Shown here: positions 1 through 11,055 of the stretch, piece by piece
Layout: each line of letters starts with the position of its first letter
How positions within the stretch are numbered: position 1 is the first letter of the stretch
NCBI GenBank assembly: GCA_964019335.1
Contig: OZ025656.1
Span: forward strand, 124,001-188,000
Reading direction: 5' to 3'
Source: Diplonema japonicum
Lineage: Eukaryota > Protista > Euglenozoa: Diplonemea
Length of the DNA stretch: 64,000 bases
The notes under the pieces: generated by a model
What the model was told of the DNA's origin: nothing
The model's input: only the letters and a program-made list of their open reading frames with translations
Database searches by the model: none
Program-made: the position numbers and the translations under genes

Positions 1-411
1 AATGCTGTGCAGAAATACTTTGAACAACCTATGCAGTTCCCCCCTAATGGCACATATCCAATGATGGGCCGTGGTGTCCCTGATGTCGCACTGCTTGCGG
101 AGCAGTATACGGTAATTAGCAACGGCCAACCTATTGTCATGCAGGGTACAGAGGCATCAGCGGCTGTGTTTGCTGGCATGATCAGTACGCTGAACTCCAT
201 TCGTTTGGGGAAAGGTCAGCCAATGCTGGGGAGCCTCAACCCGTGGCTGTACGGCACTGCGTACCGCGCCTTCAGGGACATCACGGTGGGGAGCAATGCG
301 TTGGACAGCTTCGGGAAGCCCTTGGCCTACGGGTGGGACGCTTCGTTAGGATGGGACCCTGTCACAGGGTGGGGGTCCCCGAACTTCGCTGAGCTGATGA
401 CGTACATATGA
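1..411 (+). CDS. Sedolisin/tripeptidyl-peptidase (peptidase S53) family protein, C-terminal part (5' truncated); nucleophile motif reads GTEAS
   Basis: Frame 1 is open from base 1. S53 C-terminal motifs: GRGVPDV, G-T-x-A-S, LGSLNPWLY, DITVGSN, GWDPVTGWGSPNF. Confidence 0.9.
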   Translation, partial: NAVQKYFEQPMQFPPNGTYPMMGRGVPDVALLAEQYTVISNGQPIVMQGTEASAAVFAGMISTLNSIRLGKGQPMLGSLNPWLYGTAYRAFRDITVGSNALDSFGKPLAYGWDASLGWDPVTGWGSPNFAELMTYI

Positions 412-533
412 TCGCGTCACTCTGCATGTGACCCGCGTGATGCTTTCCTAGTTACATGGGCCTGGCCTGTACACTGTCTATTGTTACGTGTTTTAAACCT
501 TTCTTCTTACACTATATACATGTAGGCCGCCAT

Positions 534-1268
534 ATGTCTGTTGTTTCGCAGGCAGTGTCAAAGGCGCGGTCTGATACCGATGTGAAGATGCTCTGCAAGC
601 ATGGCTGTGAGCGGCCGAATGGGAGTTCATGCAGGTGTGGATTTGAGGAATAACATAAAGTTAAGTACATGTAACACAGATTGAGGAGGTTGCAAGCGGA
701 GTGGGAGAAAGAGGTCAGCGCGATGAACGCCATCAACGAGGCGTCGAAGGGGCTACATGCCAGGAAGGACAGGCTGTATGAGAAATTGACTCGCAAGGAC
801 ACCTCCTCGAGGAAACACAAAAACTTCACTACAACTTCAGAAATGAGGTTTGTAGTGCAAGACCCGTGGCAGCCCTACAGACACAACCCTGGGAGGTCTT
901 CGCGACGGACAGCCTTTGTCGCTGACTATGGTGGGAACCTGTACACAGGGCCTGAAAGACAGTCAGAAGAACTTCGCAATCAAAATCTCATAACAACTAC
1001 CACTACCACTACCATTGCCGAGACAGCATCTCAGGGTACACCCGCTGCAACCATGAGACGGAAGCTCCCAAAACATATGAAACTGAAGTTCAACAAAGCG
1101 GGAAAGATTTTGGCCCACAAGATGCCCCCTGCAGGGATGTCCAGCACCCTGCAGCCCACCACCTACGCCGCTCTCAGCGTGCGCAGAAAGCGGTGGTACA
1201 GCGACTACAGCGGGCGGAAGATCCTCATCGACTCCTTCGACATCCCACGTGTGTCGAGCGTTGCGTGA
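534..1268 (+). CDS. Hypothetical protein, 2 exons (534-634, 680-1268)
   Basis: ATG 534 follows an AG at 524-525. A 45-nt GTGTGG..ACACAG intron (635-679) removes the in-frame TAA and joins ORF 681-1268. The 3' end is uncertain because 1249-1277 could be a further intron. Confidence 0.55.
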
Positions 1269-1337
1269 CCTTTACAGGACGCAAGTTACCTATTTCAAAC
1301 ATACGCTTGAAATTGCAGCATCACCTTAAACAGTATC

Positions 1338-2640
1338 ATGTCAAAAGATATCCACCAGACGAGGGACCCGGTGTACACTGCAAGTGAGAGACTGGCCACA
1401 CTTGTAAGGGAAAACGCAAAAGAAGCGATTTTGAAGCAGCTCGACCCACAGGTCATGTTCCACAGCCTGACAGGCACCATCTTTGGGAATGGCATTGTGA
1501 CGAGGTCCTTACTTCGCTTTTGCGAGCTGGCAGGAAACAATCTTGTGATCGGGCCCACCGTGTCCTGCAAAGACCTCAAGACAGCGTGCACGTCTCTGTC
1601 AGTGTTCGACCTGGTGCTGCAAGACACAGTAACCATCAACCACTCCCTCCTCATCACGAACATCGTGCGGCGGAGGGTTCCCAGCCTCAAAAAAACCACC
1701 CACAATAGCAGGCAACAGACGCAGCAGTTCCTACGATCGTTGCTGGAAGGCATCACCCCGAGGCACAACCACCGGTATCCTGTACTGGACTTCAGCTACA
1801 GGCACTTGGTATGAAGGAAGCCAACACACCATGGCAACAGGATCGTGCCAGAGACCTTTTTGTAATTCCACCGCGTGTGGGGAGGAAACACGTGTTTGTC
1901 ATACCGGTAAAGGCTGCTGCTGAGAAGGGGGTTGCAACGCAGGTAAAGGAGACGGAAGACCCTGAAGAAGACACCATCATGATCAAAGGGAAGAATCGTG
2001 ACGGGGATCAAGCAGCGTACCAGTTTGACAGGAAGGAGATGAAGCTGGCACAAGAAGAGCAGCAGGTGGACTCCGACGACGATGATATGTGCCACATCAA
2101 CTCCAAGTGGGACTCCTACGAGGCGTCGGCCATCAAGCTGTGCAACAACAACGTATGCATGGGCATGGGCATGGGCATGGGACACTGCTTATTCCTACCT
2201 ACAGCTCTCCTCAGCGGCACGCCTAGACGATGCGGTCAAACGTCTTTGTGTGAATGCTTTTTACTTCCTCACGTGGATCGACCTCAGCTTCAACAAGCTG
2301 ACAGAGATACCCGACTTCTCCCAATTCCCCCTCATCATTCTGTACCTTCACGCAAATAATATCAAAAACGTTGCAGAAGTGAAGAAGCTACGCGACCTGC
2401 AAGATCTGCAGTCCCTTACGCTGTACGGGAACCCCATTCAGGTATGGTTTGTGGCGGCACCCAGTAGCACAGGACCAAGTCGCGAATTACAAGTACTCCG
2501 TTCTCAACATCCTGACTGGTGCCGGGAGAAAGATCACCCTGAAGAAGTTCGACTTTACAGTCCTCTCAGAGAGGGATCATGAAAACATGAAAACGCTGCA
2601 CGACTTCACTGTCGGTGTGTCCAGCCCGGAGAAGCGTTAG
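1338..2640 (+). CDS. LRRC51: LRRC51-like leucine-rich-repeat protein with N-terminal extension; 4 exons
   Basis: Introns 1809-1840, 2153-2204 and 2442-2472 (all GTATG..CAG) join four ORF pieces into PVLDFSYRHL...IKLCNNNL...WIDLSFNKL...LYLHANNI...LTLYGNPI...KFDFT, the LRRC51 pattern. Start codon uncertain. Confidence 0.8.
2159..2181 (+). repeat. (ATGGGC)n hexamer repeat inside micro-intron 2153-2204
   Basis: Directly visible, about 4 copies. Confidence 0.85.
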
Positions 2641-2738
2641 CCAGTATGGGTGTTTACATGCCCTTACAATTTTTTCTTCACTCGAAAGATTTTTGCTTTA
2701 CCTCACCAGTAATATTACATTATATCAGGCTTGGAACA

Positions 2739-4014
2739 ATGAGTGGACAGCCACCCGGGTCGCCGTTGAGCGAGGAGCGTGAGGCAACTATCCTCCTTCA
2801 AGTAGATGATGTAGTTGTCAGCGAAGTCAAAGGACCGAACAAAACCAAGCTGGATGAAGGGCCGATGTCCGTGTTGCAGATCGCTGCCACCATGGAAGAG
2901 CTGCAGCAGCTGGGGGCCACCGTCGCCACCGACTTGACGCAGTCGACGAGCGAAGTGATATTCGTCATCATTGGCGAGCACAAGATACCTATCATCAAGA
3001 ACATCCCCATCATCAAGAAGGCATGCCATAGATAATATTATCCATTAACATCATTTACAGGAAGCCCACCGCTACACCTTCGTGATGCCGGGACTATTCC
3101 TCGAAGTGGCCATGCCCCGAGATGTCGATGAGGAAGAGATAGAGATCCTGGAGACGTTGTTCAAGCAGAACGGCGTGCTCAGAGTATGCGCACACATTGC
3201 GTACATGCCACATTTCTTTTTTACAGATTAAAGGTGAAGCTATAAAGGCAGGCACTGTGACGGTGAACGAGAGTGGCGACAGGTCGGCTGCTCGGGCCAC
3301 CGTCGGCGACAAGATAAGCAAAACAATCCAAAATGCAAGTGGTAAGCTGACGGACAAGATCCAGGAAACGACGCCGAAGATGCAAGGCGGCATCACAAAG
3401 GGCAGTGAGTTCGCCCGCGAGAAGCTCACACCCAACGACACCCCGATGGAGGTGAAGGACAGCACCAAGGATGGGATTAGGAAGACCAGACTGGCGACGA
3501 AAACTGCAGTCATTGTGAGTGGGCAGATGGCCTCGGCGATGGTAGCCCTGGCAAAGACACTGGGGACGACCCTTAGCGGGATGGTCTCGGAACACCCTGC
3601 AGGGCAGCGCATGAACGAGCAAGGTACCGTCACAGAAGTGAAAAAAGTCGCTGTTGCAGGTGTCGTCGCGACAGCCAATGTACTGGAAACAGGGACCGAA
3701 GCCCTCAAGACAATGCTTACCTCTACATGCGCGGGTGTGTCTGAAGTGGTCGAGCATAAATATGGAGAAGACGCAGGAAAAACAGCTAGTGAAGGGATGG
3801 GCATTGCCACAGATGTGGTTGAGGCAGGACTGAATTTGAAGAAGGTTGGGGTGAGAGGGCTCGCAAAGGTTGCTGGAAAAGAAGCAGCAAAGAATATACT
3901 GGTATGCAGTAAATTATTTATTTTTTGTGTATTTTTCTCTTCCCCCCCCCCCCCCCCCCCCCGCAGAGTGACGGCACTGAGCAACCGCAGGAATCGCAGC
4001 AACCAAAGCCGTGA
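2739..4014 (+). CDS. Spartin/ERD7-like senescence-domain protein; 4 exons
   Basis: Introns 3021-3060 (GC-AG), 3184-3226 and 3902-3966 give a continuous frame ending SDGTEQPQESQQPKP*. The senescence-domain signature VVEHKYGEDAG and an Ala/Thr/Lys-rich helical region are present. Confidence 0.75.
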
Positions 4015-4331
4015 GCCGTTTCTTTATTTTTATATTTTTTTTCTTTATATTCTCGTTTCTCTCCCTTTTTGTATTTTAACGTTATGTCCAGTGCCTTACC
4101 AAATTGATTTTCGGTGCCCTTACATCTTTCCTCTTTTTGTTTTCGAAAAAAAAAAGAAAAGTAAAAAAAGAAAAGCTTGCCGTCCGTGGAGGGCACCCCC
4201 TTTTTTTTTTGTTCAAAATAAACAACATTCGACCTTCTCCCCACATCTTGAGACAGTTACTATTTTATCTTTGCAGCGTTGCCATCACACCTCCACTCAG
4301 TTCCACCAAAAAAAAAAAAAAAACTAACAAC

Positions 4332-5447
4332 ATGAACATGAGGACCATGAGATCTACCGTGGGAGCATGGAGGAGGCAGTTTTCTAGCAACGCCCCTCTG
4401 CTGCAAGCGGTGATTGACATCAACGGCATCAAGGAGACCATCATCGAGAGGTCTGACATGCCTCTGGACAAGGTTCGTGAGGTCCTCAAGGACGAGACCC
4501 TTACTGTGCTCGGGTACGGCCCTCAGGGCAGGGGACAGGCACTGAACATGAAGGACAACGGCCTGAAGGTAGTGGTCGGTGTGAGGAAGGGGAAGTCATG
4601 GGACCACGCTGTTGAGGACGGCTGGGTGGCGGGCAAGGACCTCTTCGAGATCGACGAGGCCACGCACAAGGGCACCATCGTGCAGTACCTGCTCTCCGAC
4701 GCCGCTCAGATCGCAGCATGGCCCACCATCAAGCCCCACCTCACGGAGGGCAAGGCCCTGTACTTCAGCCACGGCTTCGGTGTGGTGTACCACGACCAGA
4801 CCAACATCGTGCCTGCCAAGGACATCGACGTCATCCTGTGCGCGCCTAAGGGATCGGGGCTCACAGTGCGCAACCACTTCCTTGAGGGGAGGGGCATCAA
4901 CGGCTCATTCGCAGTGCACCAGGACGCGACAGGCAGAGCACGTGAGCGCACCATCGCCGTGGGTATGGGTGTCGGGTGCGGGCATTTGTTCGAGACCACC
5001 TTCGAGAAGGAGGTGAGCTCCGATCTGACCGGCGAGAGGTGCGTGCTGATGGGCATGCTTCAAGGTGCCTTCCTTGCACAGTACGAGGTGCTCAGAGAGA
5101 ACGGACACTCACCTTCCGAGGCTTACAACGAGACCATCGAGGAGGCCCTGTGCAGTCTGTACCCCCTTGTGCAGCAGAACGGGATGGACTGGATGTACGC
5201 CAACTGCAGCACAACAGCGCAGAGGGGTGCTCTGGACTGGGCACCCAAGTTCTACAAAGCCATTAAGCCTGTGGTGGCTGACTGCTACGCCGATGTGAAG
5301 TCTGGTGCGGAGGCCAAGAGGTCCATCGATCTGAACTCGCAGCCCGACTACAGGGAGAAGCTGGAGGCAGAGCTTGCGGAGATTGCCAACCAAGAGATGT
5401 GGAAGGCAGGCAAGGCCCTCCGTCCCCTCCGTCCTGAGAACGCATAA
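4332..5447 (+). CDS. ilvC: Ketol-acid reductoisomerase, mitochondrial (Ilv5/Bacteroidetes type)
   Basis: Motifs GYGPQG, LLSDAAQ, YFSHGF, APKGSG, SDLTGER and NCSTTAQRGALDW. Arg-rich presequence MNMRTMRSTVGAWRRQFSS. The ORF upstream of 4332 is homopolymer read-through. Confidence 0.97.
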   Translation: MNMRTMRSTVGAWRRQFSSNAPLLQAVIDINGIKETIIERSDMPLDKVREVLKDETLTVLGYGPQGRGQALNMKDNGLKVVVGVRKGKSWDHAVEDGWVAGKDLFEIDEATHKGTIVQYLLSDAAQIAAWPTIKPHLTEGKALYFSHGFGVVYHDQTNIVPAKDIDVILCAPKGSGLTVRNHFLEGRGINGSFAVHQDATGRARERTIAVGMGVGCGHLFETTFEKEVSSDLTGERCVLMGMLQGAFLAQYEVLRENGHSPSEAYNETIEEALCSLYPLVQQNGMDWMYANCSTTAQRGALDWAPKFYKAIKPVVADCYADVKSGAEAKRSIDLNSQPDYREKLEAELAEIANQEMWKAGKALRPLRPENA

Positions 5448-6701
5448 GCTTTGAATATTATTTACCATCTCTCCTTCCCCCCTTTCCCCTTATCCCTCTC
5501 TCTTGCGTGTGAATTTTTCTGTCCGCTGCTCCTCGAAGTGCCTTCGTTGACATGGTAGAATCAAGGGTGTCTTTCTGTAACATACCTACGCCTGAGGCTT
5601 CAGAACCTTAAGGCGCTTCAGAGATGTGGAACAGCGATTTAAAAAAAAAAAAAAAAAATGGTAAAATAATAATAAGTTGCGGCACTCTTGTTTCAAGCAG
5701 TTTTCATTTTTTATTTTTTTATTATTTCTCCTGCTTTTTTTCCTTTTTTTTTTGTAGGTGTCATTGGTCGCTGTCGGGCCAGTTCTCCCCTTGACCCGTT
5801 GCCTTGGTGGTTTTTTTTTTTTCTTTTTTTTTCTTCTTTGAAACCTTTGTTTTTTTTTTTTTTTTCTTTTTTTTTCCTTTCTGTTCGCACCAATACACAA
5901 AATGTTGGGTTGATGAATGAGAGGGAGAAGAGAGAAAAAAAAACAAAGGGTAAAAGAATGGATGGAAAAAAAAATATTTTAACCCGGATGAGGGAAAAAA
6001 AAAAAAAGAAAAGAAAAAAAAAACCAAAAGGGCTGTTGGGGGCGTCTGGCTGTGCTTGAACAATGTTATTAGAAATTAATACAAGAAAAAAAAAAGAAGG
6101 AGAAGAAAAAAAAAGTGTTTCATAAAAGAAAAAAAAAATATATATATATATAAATAAAAATAAAAAATTAAAGGGGGGGTGGAAGGTAGTGGGGAAAGAA
6201 ATAAAAGTGAATTGCTTAGCACCTTAGTGCAGGCAGTTTAACTTTATTTTTTTTAAAAAAAAAAAGGAATCCTTGTCTTACAAAAAATGTTATTGATTTT
6301 TTTTGTCTTGCACTGCTTTATTTTTTTTTTCTTTTTTTTCTTTTTTTTAAAGTTGGGCCTCCTTCGTACCGCGCTAATTCAAAGAAAAAAAAAATCCGAA
6401 TATTAAATAATTGTTTCCCCCCCTTTTTTTTTTTCTCGCTTTTTTTTGTTCCTTTTTTTTTCAGCCGCATCGTCGACTCCTGCTACATTTTTGTTGCCTT
6501 TTATTAGATAGGGAAAAAAAATAATATGTGCAGCCACGCGAGGGGGGTGTTTCCTATATTTATTTTTTCTCCTTTTTTTTTCCTCTCTCTCTCTCTCTCT
6601 CTTTTTTTTTTTTTATCCTTCTTCTTTTTTCTTGTCCTCACAAGTTCTGCGTCTTTAGAAAAAAAAAAACACACACCCCAAGGGAAAGGCAATGGTAACG
6701 G

Positions 6702-9700
6702 ATGTCGGACGACAATACATCTGACAGCCCTTTGCAACGGCCCAAGAAGCGGTCACAGTTTGAAGATGATGATGATGACGACGACGAGGGTTCTCTCGCT
6801 GATGGGTCCCCTGCTCAGCCGATTGTGAACTTCACGAAACCGCAGGCAGCTGCTGAACCGGCCCCCGCTATAGCCCCTGCGTCACCAAACACTGACATCG
6901 CGGATGACTCCAGTGACAGCACCAGCACTACAATATCTACAAGTGAGAGTGATGATGACTCCAACTTGCCTGGAGTCGATTCACCAAAACCTCGGCCTGT
7001 AACGGTACGTATACTTCAAGGGGAGAAGAAGGGAAAAAAAAAAAAAAAAAAACAGATTGAACAAAGCCCTACACCCACCCTTCCTCAGGCAGACCCTTCA
7101 CCCCCACCTATCTACAGCCCTGACCAAGGTCCCCGTACCGACGAGGATGCAATCGACAGCCCCCTCACTGACAAGGCATTGCCCCTTGCGGAGGAGGTCG
7201 AAGGGAGTAAGAAAGTAGAGGAGGGTGAGAAAGTGGAGGAAAACGAGAAGGTGGAAGCTGACAAAAAAGAAGAAAGTGACGATGCCTCGCCCCCAGCAGA
7301 AGAGACCATCCATGAAGATAAAGAAGAGGAACAAACAAAAGTAGAACCAGCGGAATCTGAGGCATCTACCGAAAAAGTACCGGAAGTGAATGAAGCAATC
7401 AAGGAAACGGAGCCCGAGGCAACAAAGGTGGAGGCAGTTGATGTAAGTGAAGCTGTAGGTGTATATAAACCTGCAGATGCAGGGGAAGCCTTGGACAAAA
7501 GCCCTTTGACGTATGGATTCTGTTGCTGTTGTTACATATTTCAATTTCCAGGAGCAGCAGCAGCAGCAGCAGCAGTGACAGCAGCGAGGTGAAGTCCAAA
7601 CCGAACTCGCCGACACCTTTGGATCGCGTGGCGCTGGCACAATCTCTGGCACAGGTATGCAGCACACCAGCGAACACACATCACAGGGCACACCTATGGT
7701 TAGGGAAAGCTCAGAGACGACGTTCAGTGTCTCACCCGTGACCCCTTATAGGAATCCAGCAACACCGCTGAGCCCCGGCTCTTCAGTGCAGCCCCCTGTC
7801 CTTAAACAAACACCCCCCGAGCCATTGTTAAAGAAACCTGAGAGTGAGCCTGAGCCTGAGCCTGAGCCTAAGCCTGAGCCTAAGCCTGAGAGCGAGCCTG
7901 AGCCTGAGAGTGTGCCTGTACACAAACCTGAGTCAGTTCTCGAACCCGAGGTGCAGAAGGTCCCCAACAGGTCGCCGTCTGAAGGGACTATCCGTAGTGA
8001 CAAGAGCACGTTGAGCAAGAAACCTGCTTCTAGCGCGCAGAGCAACGTGAAGATGACCAGAGCACACTCGCTCAGGGTGGCAGACAGGGAGCGAAAAGTT
8101 CAAGTAGCTGAAGAAAACGAGCAAAAAATGTTTAACCAGGCAAAGCAATTACATGTGCAGCAAAAGTCCAAATCCGAAAGGAAGACATCTCCATCCTCTC
8201 CTGCGTCCACGGCACCACCTGTCCCCAGCTTGCAGCCACACAACTTCCCCCAGTCGCAGCCGCCTACGTTGCCTCATGCTCGTTACGAGATCGATTCGCA
8301 GCCGCAAGAGCAAAAGCAGCAACAACAACAAAAGCAGAAGCAGACACAGCAGCTACAAGAGGCTACACAGCATCACAGGAGTAGGACAACACCAACACCC
8401 AAACTGCGCGGGGTCACGTCACCAGTTCGTATCCCGAGGCCTGTGAGCCCTGCAGGGAGGTACAATGCACAACCGTCGGACATCATGGAAGGCGCCAGAC
8501 GGGACACCACAGCAAGGCTGAAGTACAAGCGGGATGACGGTCAAGTGGATATGCTCCAAGAGTGCATCCGCCAGAAGGAAGCTGCAAGAGAGGAGAGGAA
8601 AAGCATCCTTGCAAATCTGAACAGCTTCCTCAACGTGTATGCAGGCGACTCGCCGAGAAAGGACCCAAAGACACCTGAAAGAGATGTGGTTGAGTGGGAA
8701 CGCCGCAGGGTGGTAGGCAAGGCCCTGTTCACAAGGAGCAGTGAGTCTCCGGGGACGGTCGAGCGAGGCGCACCTGTCAGGGAAGAATGGGAGGGGGGAG
8801 AGAGGAAGGAGTTTCCAGCATCCATTGCCCAGCTACGCGCTGAGTCGTGGAGGGAAACGGTGAAGAAACACAAGACAATGGAAACAGAACAAAAGAAAAC
8901 GCAAGGGGGCAGCAGGCTCTTCAACCAGGGCATGGAGCTTGCGCGCGAGAAAAAGAAGTGGGTCGACAACGAGCGGACGAAGAACGTCACAAAACGCACA
9001 CTGGAGGCGGAGTCAAATCTAACATTCAGGCCGGCAATAGACACAAAAAGCAGGAACATCGAAGCCTCACTGAGAAGAAATACATCAAAAGACCACAAGA
9101 CACGTCTGCTCCCAGAGAAGCAGCAGGTAGTTACTCGAAAAAGCACCGATGCAACCCAGGCATTTGGACGTACCACTCGCACTACCGAGCCCCAGCAGCC
9201 TGTCGACAGATCTGTGTCGGCACCCATCCCTGCTCGGGTGGACAAACTAGCGCAGCCCAAGAGGACACAGTTGATTGAGCTTGTGGGGAATGCGTTCAAC
9301 GAGCTGAACGGCAAGTGGGATAGGGGAGAGCCTATTGACGAAAAGCTGTTAGCAAAGAGGAACCATGACATGAACGGCAGAGAAGTCAGCCAATACTTAC
9401 ACGGCAGGAGCATTGAGATGCATGCAAAAAGAACGAGAATGGATAAAGCACTGACTGAGCAACAGCGAAGCATGAGCAACGTGGGGAGGTACCTCACTGA
9501 GTCTTCACGAGACTTAGCAGCTAAGCGAAGACGCGAGCGCTTAGAGCAGCTCTTCTTCTTGCTGGATGTGGAAAGCTCGGGCAAAGTTACGCAACAGGAG
9601 ATAAGCCAAGCAGATGCAGCGCTCAAGAGTGTGCGTGCAAGGATCTCGGACCCACGTGAAGCATCCATCCTAAAGGCGCTGACTGAGGCCGCTGAAATTC

Positions 9701-10844
9701 TCTCCCACGACACTGCCCAGGAGTACACTGTGGACACCTTCATCGAGGCTTTGGAGAACAGAATCGGAAAGTTTGGTCCCATGAAGTTCATGAACCCTGA
9801 CATACGTGATGCCAAGCCACGCCCTGCACCTACTTTTAATCCTGCGATCTCGGAGAGGTCAAGGAGGATGGCGACGCGGGCAGGCTCCGTGGTGTACAAC
9901 AGGCTCTACGACAAGGCAATAGAGCAGCAAGCGAAACTACGGGAGAAGCAGCGCGTAAAAGCGGATAACGAAACAGTTGGGATGTCCTTCAAGCCACAGA
10001 TCAACAGGCACCAGCCCAGCAAGATGGAACCTAGGAGGAAGCAGCGGCAGCAGCAAGGCGGTGACGACGTCCTCTCTCACATAGACTGCATCGTTGGAGA
10101 AGCTGCCGCGTGGCTCAACGACGTGGGGAAGAGTCCTGCACCACAGGGAAGAACCCCGACAAGAAGCCCTGGCAGAAGAAGTCCTGGGAGAGTTGTCAGA
10201 AGCCCTGTAGTAAAGAGCCCAACCAGAAGGAGCCCAACCGGAAGGAGCCCGAGGAGGAGCCCTGGGAAGAGAGGAGGCTCTGCTTCACTGTCAGTGTCAC
10301 CACCCACACCTGCTCAGATGAAGTACCCACACGGGTCGGAGGGGGCACTGCATATAGCCGATCTGTACACTGGCAGGACGAAGGAGAAGAATGGAAGGAC
10401 AAGGTCTGTCGGTGCACCAACCGAGACCATGCAAGGGCCACACTATTCTTACCAAGACCCCTACCATTACCAGCCGCAGCAAGGTCAGGTGGTACAATTC
10501 TGCGACCCCTTGGCCCAGCAGATGATATCCCCTTCCAGATCACCGTCAACCACACCGCAGGGATATCTCACTCAAGCGGCTTCTCCTGTGCAACCCCCTC
10601 AGCCTGCTGCAAGGCCTAGAAAAGCCAAAAGAAGGCAACCACCTCCACCTCAAAACCAAGTATGCAAAGGGAACCTTTTCAAAACAAACTCTTGCAGATC
10701 ACAATGTCCTCGCTCCGCACTGCATCTGTTACCGAACTTGCCAAGGCAGGAAGGCTCCTCATGCAGCAGCAGCTGGAAAAAGTATATTTAATTCTAATTA
10801 AACCTAAAATTTTACCACAGCACCGCAACGGTCAAAACCGCTAG
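6702..10844 (+). CDS. Large low-complexity protein with TFxPxI repeats and an EF-hand-like segment (probable cytoskeletal protein); 6 exons
   Basis: Introns 7005-7055, 7511-7551, 7655-7686, 10660-10697 and 10782-10820 link ORFs 6702, 7523, 7657 and 10662 in frame. Motifs TFRPAID, TFNPAIS, SFKPQIN, VYNRLY and LFFLLDVESSGKVT. Confidence 0.7.
7837..7908 (+). repeat. Coding hexanucleotide repeat (GAGCCT/AAGCCT)n encoding PEPE/KPEP
   Basis: Directly visible tandem repeat. Confidence 0.9.
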
Positions 10845-11055
10845 ATCCTCCTGTCCACAGCCATAGATAGTATCCTCAGTATTAGATATCAGCAGGGTTG
10901 CTCGGTGCCTTTTGCAGACACGAGCATGTTTAGATTCTTTAACCTTATCCCCCTGCGGAGCCTGCGGCAAAATGTGTTTTATTTCTTCGTTGTAAATTTT
11001 TATTTCGTTATTGCTCTGTCTACCTTGCATGAAGAGTACATAGGTGCATCGTGAC

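Noticed and set aside
5560-5620. TPP riboswitch-like words (GGGTG, CTGAG, GAACCT) after KARI
   Set aside because: Order, spacing and the CTGAT/TAAT/GCG core do not match.
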